DNA of 53,630 nt from Thermoplasmatota archaeon (GTDB taxonomy: Archaea > Thermoplasmatota > Poseidoniia > Poseidoniales > Poseidoniaceae), in assembly GCA_036019775.1 (NCBI GenBank), contig JAYXXD010000003.1, positions 1 to 53,630 of the forward strand, read 5' to 3'. The first letter of the stretch is position 1. Every line of letters begins with the position of its first letter. Shown piece by piece: positions 37,099 through 45,951 of the stretch. Below the pieces are notes generated by a model. That model was not told where the DNA came from. It saw nothing but the letters and a program-made list of their open reading frames with translations, and made no database searches. Both the position numbers and the translations under genes were made by a program.

Positions 37099-37566
37099 AT
37101 GGTCGACACAGGTTCAGTTCCAAGCGCCTATCTTTCGATTGCATTTTTGGCAATTGTCGGCATTTTAATGCCATTGACGAATTTCATCATGTCTTGGGCG
37201 CTACGGCCAAGAACAGACCCGTCCCGTCCTCACATTACGAAGTCCTATTTGCTCGAAGGGTACGAGCGGGATCACAGCCTCTATCCACGCCGTCTCTCAA
37301 CGTTTGAATGTGGTAGTGAACCAATCGGAGATGCAATGATTCAATTCCATTTCCAATATTACTGGTACGCGATTGTCTTCCTTGTTTTCGATGTTGCATT
37401 CATGTTCCTTGTTTTGGGAGGTATGGTCGCTTCTGAAGAAACGTCAAAAGCTGCTGGAGACATTGCAAATGCTGAAGCGGGTTTAGCCATCATTGGTATA
37501 TTCTTCACCATCATGTCCCTGGGCGTCTGGTATGTTTTCCGAAAGCGAGGGCGAATCTACATTTGA
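37099..37566 (+). CDS. nuoA: NADH-quinone oxidoreductase-like subunit A
   Basis: FECGSEP.G, YY.YAIVFLVFDV. First gene of the nuo operon. Confidence 0.93.
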   Translation: MVDTGSVPSAYLSIAFLAIVGILMPLTNFIMSWALRPRTDPSRPHITKSYLLEGYERDHSLYPRRLSTFECGSEPIGDAMIQFHFQYYWYAIVFLVFDVAFMFLVLGGMVASEETSKAAGDIANAEAGLAIIGIFFTIMSLGVWYVFRKRGRIYI

Positions 37567-37577
37567 GGTGAAATCAT

Positions 37578-38171
37578 ATGGCAGAATCTGGAGAAAATTA
37601 CACTGCATTCAACAGCCGTGCATTGGTCGAAGTTGTCGGCGATGTTACCGATGAAGCGCTCAAAGCAACGAAAATCAAACAACTTTTGTCTGTTCTAGCA
37701 GGCCGTTTCTTCAATTGGGGTGGGCGTAAATCATTGTTTACATTGCACTTGGGAATCAAATGTTGTGCCATTGAAATGGCGGCCGCAGCTACACCACGAT
37801 TCGACGGAGACCGATTCGGTGTTCTGTTCCGTTCCTCCCCGCGACAATCCGACGTTTTGCTTGTGAACGGGCCAATCAGCAAGAAATTTGCAGACAAAGT
37901 CGTACGTCTTTGGGAGCAAATGCCAGAACCAAAATATTGCATTGCAATGGGAGAATGTGCTATTTCTGGTGGACCTTACTTCCAGTCCTACAACATTCTC
38001 GAAGGTGTTGATACCGTTATCCCTGTAGATGTTTACATTCCAGGATGTCCACCACGACCAGAGGCTTTGATCGATGGATTCGGACTTCTCCGTGAGAAGA
38101 TTATCCGAATCGGTGGTGCGCCAAGCACAGGCCGTGATGGCGAAAAGCCAGTCATTGTAGGAGAGGACTGA
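37578..38171 (+). CDS. nuoB: NADH-quinone oxidoreductase-like subunit B
   Basis: CCAIEM, SPRQSD, QMPEPKY.IAMGECAISGG, PVDVYIPGCPPRPEAL. Confidence 0.97.
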   Translation: MAESGENYTAFNSRALVEVVGDVTDEALKATKIKQLLSVLAGRFFNWGGRKSLFTLHLGIKCCAIEMAAAATPRFDGDRFGVLFRSSPRQSDVLLVNGPISKKFADKVVRLWEQMPEPKYCIAMGECAISGGPYFQSYNILEGVDTVIPVDVYIPGCPPRPEALIDGFGLLREKIIRIGGAPSTGRDGEKPVIVGED

Positions 38172-38173
38172 AC

Positions 38174-38824
38174 ATGGGAATGAGCATTTCTGCAGAACAA
38201 AATGCAGCTGCTGCATCGACCTTTGCAGCCCAAGTTGAGAAGCAATTTGGCGGGAGCGGAGTCACCGTTTCTGTTGAAAATCACAGCAATGCGGCAAAGT
38301 ATGCATTTGTTCGACTGACATGTCCTCCTCAACATTGGATCGCTGTTGCGAAGTGGATGCGTTTCGATGGAGGAGTTAACTACTGTTCGATGATTACTGG
38401 GACGCATTATCCAGAAAATGCGGATCGAGGCTGGGGCGTTGCTTACCATTTCCTTCGGCAACCCGTACGAGATGTTGAACCATTCACTGCTGATGTTCTC
38501 AAAGCGAGCGAGTTAGAAGGATCATCCATTCCCCTTGAAGTTGAAGTTCTCATCGATTTGCCTGCAGGCGATGCACCTGTCGTGCCAAGCGTTCAGTCCA
38601 TTTGGGTTGGCGCTGATTGGAATGAAAAAGAAACTTGGGACCTTGTTGGTATCCGATTTGAAGGCCACAAGAACATGCATCGTGTTTTGAATCCTCACGA
38701 TAGTCCAGAAGGATTCCATCCATTGCAAAAGCAACATCAAATTCGGTATCATGATTTCAATGAAATGTATGATGATGCACAAGGATTTGTGCGTAAACCT
38801 GCGGATGAGGGCCGCGTAAAGTGA
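38174..38824 (+). CDS. nuoC: NADH-quinone oxidoreductase-like subunit C
   Basis: ADWNEKETWDLVGIRFEGH, HPLQK. Confidence 0.92.
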   Translation: MGMSISAEQNAAAASTFAAQVEKQFGGSGVTVSVENHSNAAKYAFVRLTCPPQHWIAVAKWMRFDGGVNYCSMITGTHYPENADRGWGVAYHFLRQPVRDVEPFTADVLKASELEGSSIPLEVEVLIDLPAGDAPVVPSVQSIWVGADWNEKETWDLVGIRFEGHKNMHRVLNPHDSPEGFHPLQKQHQIRYHDFNEMYDDAQGFVRKPADEGRVK

Positions 38825-38833
38825 GGTGAAAAG

Positions 38834-39973
38834 ATGGCACAAATGTGGATTACAATGGGGCCTCAACACCCGATGACACACGGTCTGTGGACACTTCGTG
38901 TCAAAGTCGATGGTGAAACGGTCGTCGATACTGAAGCTGAACTTGGCTACATCCATCGTGGTGTTGAAAAGATTGCAGAAGCTCGAGATTTCACACAAGT
39001 TACACCGTACTGTGACCGTCTTTGCTATGTCAGTGCAATGACATGGTCCAACTCGTACATCTATGCAGCCGAAGACCTTCTTGAAGTTGAAGTTCCTGAG
39101 AGAGCTGAATTTATTCGCCTTATTGCCGCCGAATTGCAACGATTGGCATCGCATTTGATGTGGCTTGGAGCATTCGGCCCGGACATTGGAAATCTCACCT
39201 TGATGACTTGGTGCATGCGTGACCGTGAGATGTTCCTTGACCTCCTTCAAGAACTTGGAGGTTCGAGAATGCACTACAATTATCCACGTATCGGTGGTGT
39301 TAAACGCGATCTTCCTGTTGGATTTGCTGACAGAGCTCGGGCCAAGATCAAGTTGTTTGAGAACCGTATCAATGAATATGAAATGATGCTTGATGAGTCA
39401 ACAATCTGGTTGGTACGTCTTCAAGGAGTTGGCTATGCTCGTGCCGAAGACATGGTCAATGCTGGCGTTTCTGGTCCAAACGTTCGCGCTGCAGGAGTCA
39501 ACTATGACGTTCGATGGGCTCACCCCTATTCCGTATACGATCAAGTTGATTGGGAACCTGCTGTCGAAAAGCCGACTTCCGTCAAAGGAGCAGATTGTTA
39601 TGATCGATACCGTGTTCGAATGGAAGAAATGAGACAATCCTGCAAAATGACGCTTGATGCCCTTGACAAGATTCCAGGCGGAGCCAACACGCACTACAAC
39701 ACAGGAGATGAGATGATTATCGCTAAAGCGCCAACCCGTGCTCCTGAAGGTGCGACTGGCTTCAGTAACTATGAGTGTACTCGCGGCGCATCTCAATTCT
39801 ACATTCAAGGCGGTGGCGACGGCCGTGGTAAGAATCCTTACCGGCTTTCGATCCGGTCTCCGATGTTCATCACGATTCCTTATGTTGCAAAGACCATGAT
39901 TGGTTACAAGGTTGCAGACATCCCTGCAATCATGGGCAGTTTTGACCCCTGTATTGGAGAAACAGATCGTTGA
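38834..39973 (+). CDS. nuoD: NADH-quinone oxidoreductase-like subunit D
   Basis: GPQHPMTHG, GYIHRGVEK, DRLCY, RIGGV, FDPCIGETDR. Confidence 0.97.
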   Translation: MAQMWITMGPQHPMTHGLWTLRVKVDGETVVDTEAELGYIHRGVEKIAEARDFTQVTPYCDRLCYVSAMTWSNSYIYAAEDLLEVEVPERAEFIRLIAAELQRLASHLMWLGAFGPDIGNLTLMTWCMRDREMFLDLLQELGGSRMHYNYPRIGGVKRDLPVGFADRARAKIKLFENRINEYEMMLDESTIWLVRLQGVGYARAEDMVNAGVSGPNVRAAGVNYDVRWAHPYSVYDQVDWEPAVEKPTSVKGADCYDRYRVRMEEMRQSCKMTLDALDKIPGGANTHYNTGDEMIIAKAPTRAPEGATGFSNYECTRGASQFYIQGGGDGRGKNPYRLSIRSPMFITIPYVAKTMIGYKVADIPAIMGSFDPCIGETDR

Positions 39974-39983
39974 GGTGATTTCG

Positions 39984-41492
39984 ATGGATGACAAGTATGA
40001 TCTACGTAGCCTCTTTGTTGGAGAGGACAGTTTCGCCCACAAAACAATCACTTCTTTGCTTGAAGGAACCCCGCTTGAAGAGAGCTCTTCTGCAATCGCC
40101 TTTGGAGTTGGAACCTTTGCCATTGTCAACATTGTCTTCCTTTTGTTGTTCTTTTCTCAATTCGCCATTCTATGGATTGAGCGAAAGGCTGTTGCTCGGA
40201 TGAACGATCGTCGTGGAGCTACCACTGCCCTTCGCTCCCTTTGGGTCGGAGAAAATGGCGTCACAGCAGGCGCTTGGTGGAACATGCTTCCATTTGGATT
40301 GGGTCGGCCAGTTGGTGCTCTAAACAAATGGCTCAACAACAAATTTGGCAACTCATCTGAATACGAAACTGTGGATCGTGTTGGGAACCGTTCATGGATG
40401 GGACTCAGTATCTTCCCTGGATTTTTCCAAAATGTAGCGGACGGTATGAAGTTCCTTGTCAAGGAGCACATGGTCCCTCGTCGTGCAGACAAACTCATTT
40501 TCGAAGTCTCTCCATTCCTGATCGTTTCAACCACACTTCTCATTTTGGGAATGATTCCGCTCTCAAGCGGAATCTATGCTACGAACCCAGACCTTTCAAT
40601 TCTCTACATTATCGCTATCTTCGGAATTGCACCAATCGGTGTTTTCTTTGCAGGTTGGTCTTCCAACAACAAATACACTCTTATTGGCGGAATTCGTTCA
40701 GCTGCTCAACTCACTGCTTACGAAATCCCACTTCTCCTCACTCTTCTGGCAGTTGCCATGCTTACTGGAACATTCAACATCATTGAAAGTGTCCATTTCC
40801 AGCACACAGCCGGTGCCTGGAACATCTTTTTGATGCCTCTTGGAGGTGCATTGTTCCTCATTACCATGATTGCAGAAGTCGAGCGTGTGCCGTTTGACAT
40901 GCCTGAAGCCGAGGCTGAACTTGTTGAGGGTTGGTGGACTGAATATGGTGGTATGCGATTCGGTATGCTATTTATGGCTGAATACATTCGAACCTATGCA
41001 GCATGTTTCCTCTTCACCCATTTCTTCCTTGGAGGATGGCATCTACCATTCCAGGGCATCATTGGAAGCATTCCGTATCTCGGCGATGCTTACCTCCTGA
41101 TCCCCGGTGCTCTTGTTGTTCTCATCAAGGCCTGGCTTGTGTTCCTCATTGTTTTCGTTTGGGCTCGATTCTCACTTGCTCGTATTCGAACCGATCAAAT
41201 TCTTGAGTTCGGATGGCGTATGCTCCTTCCTCTTGCCGTGCTTCAGGTCGTTCTTGCTGCAGTGTATCGGCTCTACTTGTTTGACCTGGATGGAATGGCT
41301 GACACCGTTTACGGAGGAACAGCCTGGGATGCATTTGGAATTCCGTTCCTCGTTCCTGCGTTGACCACCATTCTATGGCTTGCTCTCTTCTTCCTCTTGC
41401 TCAATGATACGGGTAAGAATGAACGCACTGCACGTATGTACCACGTGCAAACGGTGCAACCTGCAGGTACACATACTCCTGGACAGGACTGA
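39984..41492 (+). CDS. nuoH: NADH-quinone oxidoreductase-like subunit H
   Basis: ERK..AR, ADGMK...KE, SNNKY.LIGG.R..AQ...YE, PFDMPEAEAELV.G...EY. Start ATG 39984 after TGAGGTGA. Confidence 0.95.
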   Translation: MDDKYDLRSLFVGEDSFAHKTITSLLEGTPLEESSSAIAFGVGTFAIVNIVFLLLFFSQFAILWIERKAVARMNDRRGATTALRSLWVGENGVTAGAWWNMLPFGLGRPVGALNKWLNNKFGNSSEYETVDRVGNRSWMGLSIFPGFFQNVADGMKFLVKEHMVPRRADKLIFEVSPFLIVSTTLLILGMIPLSSGIYATNPDLSILYIIAIFGIAPIGVFFAGWSSNNKYTLIGGIRSAAQLTAYEIPLLLTLLAVAMLTGTFNIIESVHFQHTAGAWNIFLMPLGGALFLITMIAEVERVPFDMPEAEAELVEGWWTEYGGMRFGMLFMAEYIRTYAACFLFTHFFLGGWHLPFQGIIGSIPYLGDAYLLIPGALVVLIKAWLVFLIVFVWARFSLARIRTDQILEFGWRMLLPLAVLQVVLAAVYRLYLFDLDGMADTVYGGTAWDAFGIPFLVPALTTILWLALFFLLLNDTGKNERTARMYHVQTVQPAGTHTPGQD

Positions 41493-41503
41493 GGTGAAGA
41501 AAC

Positions 41504-42844
41504 ATGCCAACACACCCTCAAGCAAAACCAAACTTCCGAAATTTGTTCTGGTATCCATTCAAAATCACATTGATTACAGCACTGCGAACGTTCCCGTTCT
41601 TGGGCCGTATGTTCCCAAAGAAACTGGGAATGGGATATCACAACACCTCTCACCCAGAGTTCCTCGACGATGCTAGCGAGCATCGAGCAAAAGGTCGTGC
41701 GAAATACAATGATATTTCGAAGCAAGAATTCGCTCCAGACCGTGTTACATCAGATCTCTTCCCAAGTCTATGGAAGCCACAAACCGTACAGTACCCATAC
41801 GAACGTCTCGAAGACATGGAACCATGGCTCTTCGTGCCTGGAAATTACAACGGAAGAATCGGTGTTATCTGGGAAACGTGTACTGCGTGCAAGATGTGCG
41901 TTAACATTTGTCCAAACGATTGTTTGCACATGACGACAGAACTTCGTGTTGACGTTCTTGACAATGCTGAAGGTGAATACGAGGGGTATGGCGCTGAACT
42001 CGAAGTCGGTGGCTATGCAGCCAAATTCCGCGAAGAGGTCACTGAGGAATTGGAATCCTTCGATTTGATTACTGCGCACACTGCGCCTCCGTCCGAGTGG
42101 CGATTTGGTCAAGTATTGGATCTCTCGGGAAGTACTGCAACCGTTCGATGGAATGATTCAGGTCAGGAAGAAATTCTCGCACAATCCGAACTTCGAACTG
42201 CGGATGATCAAATTGTTTCAGGTCGAATCGATATTGGCCGTTGCATGTTCTGCGGTCTTTGTATGGAAGCCTGTGGATTTACTTCCTTCTTCATGACCAA
42301 TGAATACGATGGAATGTCTGGATTTACTCGACAAGATCTATGGTTCGATGCAAACCGAACACGCGTTCTTCCTTCCGTCCACCAAGAAGCGGTCGATGGT
42401 GAACTTGCCAAGCGAGCCACCAAGGAACGAGATAAGCGTGCAAAGAAAGCTGCTAAGGCCGCAAAACCAGAAGTAGAAGTGGCAGAGGAACCTCAAGCAG
42501 TCGAAGAAAAAGCTGAGGTTGAGGAAGAGAAACCTTTGAGCAAAGAAGAGAAGAAGGAAGCTGAACTTCAACGAGTAAAGGAACGCTCAAAGAACATCGA
42601 TTTCGCTATTCTTGGTACAGCAAGTGCTGATGAAAAAGACGACCTAAAAACCATCAAAGGTGTCGGGCCATTCATCGAAGAAAAGCTCAACGCTCTTGGT
42701 ATTTTCACCTTCTCACAAATCAGTAAAATGACCAGCGAGTTAGAAGACCAAGTCAACGAAGCCATCGAGTTCTTCCCAGGTCGCGTCAAGAGGGACGAAT
42801 GGGCCAAACAGGCCAAGGATTTGCTCGATAAGGGGGATGCCTGA
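41504..42844 (+). CDS. nuoI: NADH-quinone oxidoreductase-like subunit I with internal insertion and C-terminal HhH-like domain
   Basis: TVQYPYE, CTACKMCVNICP, IDIGRCMFCGLCMEAC. C-terminal DDLKTIKGVGPFIEEKLNALGI..GRVKRDEW. Confidence 0.88.
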   Translation: MPTHPQAKPNFRNLFWYPFKITLITALRTFPFLGRMFPKKLGMGYHNTSHPEFLDDASEHRAKGRAKYNDISKQEFAPDRVTSDLFPSLWKPQTVQYPYERLEDMEPWLFVPGNYNGRIGVIWETCTACKMCVNICPNDCLHMTTELRVDVLDNAEGEYEGYGAELEVGGYAAKFREEVTEELESFDLITAHTAPPSEWRFGQVLDLSGSTATVRWNDSGQEEILAQSELRTADDQIVSGRIDIGRCMFCGLCMEACGFTSFFMTNEYDGMSGFTRQDLWFDANRTRVLPSVHQEAVDGELAKRATKERDKRAKKAAKAAKPEVEVAEEPQAVEEKAEVEEEKPLSKEEKKEAELQRVKERSKNIDFAILGTASADEKDDLKTIKGVGPFIEEKLNALGIFTFSQISKMTSELEDQVNEAIEFFPGRVKRDEWAKQAKDLLDKGDA

Positions 42845-43121
42845 AATGGACGTCGCCTCCGCCACTGAAACCATCATTTTCTTTGTCTTTGCAACGATTA
42901 CAATTCTTGGAGCATTGGGACTCATCTATGCACAGCGTGTTGCTCACTCTATGCTTTCACTGATTTTTTGTTTCATGGCAGTATCAGGTATCTTCATCCT
43001 TATGGGTGCTGAATTCCTCGCAGCCATTCAGATTCTTGTTTATCTTGCCAGTGTTGGTTTGGTCGTTCTGTTTGGTATTATGCTGACTCGACGACAAATT
43101 CAGGAGGAGGATTTTGAATGA
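42837..43121 (+). CDS. nuoJ: NuoJ N-terminal part (split J1)
   Basis: HS.LSL..CF..VSG.F...GAEFLAAIQILVY...V.L.LF.IML. Confidence 0.9.
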   Translation: MPEMDVASATETIIFFVFATITILGALGLIYAQRVAHSMLSLIFCFMAVSGIFILMGAEFLAAIQILVYLASVGLVVLFGIMLTRRQIQEEDFE

Positions 43122-43387
43122 GATTAATGTCGACTTTAACCCGTCTTGGCTTGATTTTCCTTGCTGGTGCAATGATTACTGTCCTAGGGACGGCAGAACT
43201 TTGGGATGAAGTACCAGAAAAAGAAGTTACAACACTCGACCTAGCCAACACCATGCTCGATGATTGGGCTCTACCACTGCTCATCCTTGGCGTTCTCATG
43301 GCCATGGCGATGATGGGTGCTGCTTATCTTGTTCGAGACGAACGTCGTGAAAATCTTGAGTGGGAACAGAGAGGTGAAGACGCATGA
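43118..43387 (+). CDS. nuoJ: NuoJ C-terminal part (split J2)
   Basis: LA..M..DW.LPL.ILGVL..AMMGAAYL. Located between J1 and K with ATGA overlaps. Confidence 0.8.
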   Translation: MRLMSTLTRLGLIFLAGAMITVLGTAELWDEVPEKEVTTLDLANTMLDDWALPLLILGVLMAMAMMGAAYLVRDERRENLEWEQRGEDA

Positions 43388-43686
43388 TCGATCCAGCATG
43401 GGTAAGCGTTCTCTCCGCTATTCTGTTCATTATTGGCGTATGGGGTGCCTTCACTCGAAAGAATGCGATTATCGTCTTGATGTGTCTTGAATTGATTCTT
43501 AACGCTGCAAATCTTCAATTCGTTGCAGCAGCAATCCAGCACGGTGATGCAACAGGCTGGGTTTATGCAATCTTTGCCATCGCCATTGCAGCCTCAGAGG
43601 TTGCGATTGGTTTGGCCATTTTCCTTGCCATGTATGGCCAACACGAAACGATTTCACTCGATGATGTGAATCTCTTGAAACACTGA
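43384..43686 (+). CDS. nuoK: NADH-quinone oxidoreductase-like subunit K
   Basis: LF.IG..G...RKN.I..LM.LELILNAANL, AASEVAIGLAI. Confidence 0.96.
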   Translation: MIDPAWVSVLSAILFIIGVWGAFTRKNAIIVLMCLELILNAANLQFVAAAIQHGDATGWVYAIFAIAIAASEVAIGLAIFLAMYGQHETISLDDVNLLKH

Positions 43687-43695
43687 GGTGATAGA

Positions 43696-45951
43696 ATGGG
43701 TGGTACATCAGAAACAATCAGTTCAACATTCATTGAGTATGCAATTTTCATCGTTCTCTTACCGATGCTCGCATTCCCGATTATTCTCTTCCTTGGACAC
43801 ATCTTCAATGGAAATCAAACATGGGTCAAGTCTGCAAAGGAAGGTGGGCTTATCGCCCTTCCAATTATGGTCGCAAGTTTTGTTCTCTCCATGCTGCTCA
43901 TCTCCGAATTCATCGGAAAGGGAACAGGGGCGCATCACATTGGTGATTGGCTCTCGTTCGGATGGATGAGTGCAGATGGTATGACCATCAATGAGAAGGT
44001 CTTCGGAGTTGGCATATACATCGATCACGTTACAGTAATGCTACTCTTCATCGCATCTTTCCTTTGTATGCTAATCAATATCTTCAGCATTGGATACATG
44101 AACACCGATCCAGTTAACGACAACCGCAACCACCGATTCTACGCTGAATTCGTTCTGTTCTGTTCAGGTATGCTCGGAATGGTTCTTGCTGATTCATTCC
44201 TTTGGTTGTTCATCTTCTGGGAATTGATGGGTCTCTGTTCTTATCTCCTTATCGGATTCTATTACGAGAAGCCCAGTGCTGCTTATGCTGCAAAGAAGGC
44301 ATTCCTAACCACACGTGTTGGTGACGTCTTCCTCGTAATCGGTTTGGTTATGCTCTGGAATCTCTTTGATTCACTCGATTATGCAGTCGTCTTCAATGAG
44401 GATTTGATTGCACAAGTCGATCCTGGACAACTCCAACTCGCACTGGGAATGATGTTTATCGGAGCCGTTGGTAAGTCTGCACAATTCCCACTTCACGTTT
44501 GGCTGCCTGATGCAATGGAAGGACCAACACCTGTATCCGCTCTTATCCACGCTGCAACCATGGTCAATGCAGGTCTTTACCTCGTAGCTCGAATGTTCCC
44601 ATTCTTTGGTGCACCAACGATGCAAGGTGAATTGGTTGATCTCGCCTTCATCATTGCTGCAATTGGCGGCATTACTGCTGTGATGGCTGCAGCGATTGCC
44701 TTTGTTCAGGACGATTTGAAGAAGGTTCTCGCCTATTCAACAATGAGTCAACTTGCGTACATCTTTACCGGTCTTGGTGCAGCTTTGTGGCTTGCCAACT
44801 CTCTCGACTGGCATACCGATGACAAAGCTCACAACATCGTTGTCGTTGCTTTCGGTGCAGCCCTTTTCCATCTCTTTAATCACGCCATGGCCAAAGGAAT
44901 GCTGTTCATGGCCAGTGGTTCTGTGATTCATGAAATGCATCATGCACACCACGATCTTCATCATCACGATGACCATGGTGACGATCATCACGATGATCAT
45001 CACGACGACCATTTCGATGCTCAATCCATGGAGAATATGGGCGGACTTGCCTCTAAGATGCCAATTACTGCTACAGCAATGTTGGTCGGTTCAGCCTCAA
45101 TTATGGGATTACCATTGATCGGTGGTTTCTGGTCGAAGGAAGGCATCATCGCTAACGCATGGCGAGTCGCTCTTGAAGATCCTCGTTTCTTCCTTCCAGC
45201 AGCCTGTGTCCTCATCGGTGCAGCAATGACAGGATTTTACATGAGCCGAATGTGGCTCAAAACCTTTGCAGGCAAGCCAAAGACTGAAGTTGCAGCAAAT
45301 GTACACGAGCACACACCATGGATTCCTATTCCATTGGTCACACTCACCTTTGTATCTCTTTCAAGCGTCATTCTCGCCGGAATGATGTTTACACATTGGG
45401 CTGGTGAACCTGGTTCAACATACGCTTTCTTTGGAAAGAAGGGTCTGCTTGAAGGTCTCATCTATGAGTTTGAGCATGTCTTTGCGAACTCTGATGCATT
45501 CTTCTTTGTCTTGACGTATGTAGCCATCTTCATCGGCGCGATTGTTGGGCCTGGCCTTGCGATGGCACTTTATGGCGGTTCGCTCAAAGACGGCGAGAAA
45601 GCCAAGCCATGGATGCAACCAATCATCAATCTCTCTTCTCGAGTCAATGCAAAGCGCGGATTTGACAACAGTGCATGGGCCAACTCAGGTCTATCCAATG
45701 CGCTTAAAGAACGACTCTACTTTGACAAGTGGTACGATGCAGCCATGCTCAAACTGGTCGCTGGTTTTGCCAACATCAGTGCTGCTTTCGATCGGAACGT
45801 TGTTGATGGAACCATCAAAACCATTGAATCAACTTCTCAAAAGCTTTCGACTCAAGTTCGTCGGTTGACAACTGGATCCGCTCGTGATTACATTATGATG
45901 GCGGCCTTAGGTGTCCTTGTAATCTACCTGCTCTTGGAGGTGATGATTTGA
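43696..45951 (+). CDS. nuoL: NADH-quinone oxidoreductase-like subunit L
   Basis: WELMGLCSYLLIGF, KAFLTTRVGD, GKSAQFPLHVWLPDAMEGPTPVSALIHAATMV, KKVLAYSTMSQL. Confidence 0.97.
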   Translation: MGGTSETISSTFIEYAIFIVLLPMLAFPIILFLGHIFNGNQTWVKSAKEGGLIALPIMVASFVLSMLLISEFIGKGTGAHHIGDWLSFGWMSADGMTINEKVFGVGIYIDHVTVMLLFIASFLCMLINIFSIGYMNTDPVNDNRNHRFYAEFVLFCSGMLGMVLADSFLWLFIFWELMGLCSYLLIGFYYEKPSAAYAAKKAFLTTRVGDVFLVIGLVMLWNLFDSLDYAVVFNEDLIAQVDPGQLQLALGMMFIGAVGKSAQFPLHVWLPDAMEGPTPVSALIHAATMVNAGLYLVARMFPFFGAPTMQGELVDLAFIIAAIGGITAVMAAAIAFVQDDLKKVLAYSTMSQLAYIFTGLGAALWLANSLDWHTDDKAHNIVVVAFGAALFHLFNHAMAKGMLFMASGSVIHEMHHAHHDLHHHDDHGDDHHDDHHDDHFDAQSMENMGGLASKMPITATAMLVGSASIMGLPLIGGFWSKEGIIANAWRVALEDPRFFLPAACVLIGAAMTGFYMSRMWLKTFAGKPKTEVAANVHEHTPWIPIPLVTLTFVSLSSVILAGMMFTHWAGEPGSTYAFFGKKGLLEGLIYEFEHVFANSDAFFFVLTYVAIFIGAIVGPGLAMALYGGSLKDGEKAKPWMQPIINLSSRVNAKRGFDNSAWANSGLSNALKERLYFDKWYDAAMLKLVAGFANISAAFDRNVVDGTIKTIESTSQKLSTQVRRLTTGSARDYIMMAALGVLVIYLLLEVMI

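Noticed and set aside
38522-40132. Long antisense ORFs (250 aa and 244 aa) over nuoC/D/H
   Set aside because: Shadow frames of strongly conserved genes with no recognisable motifs.
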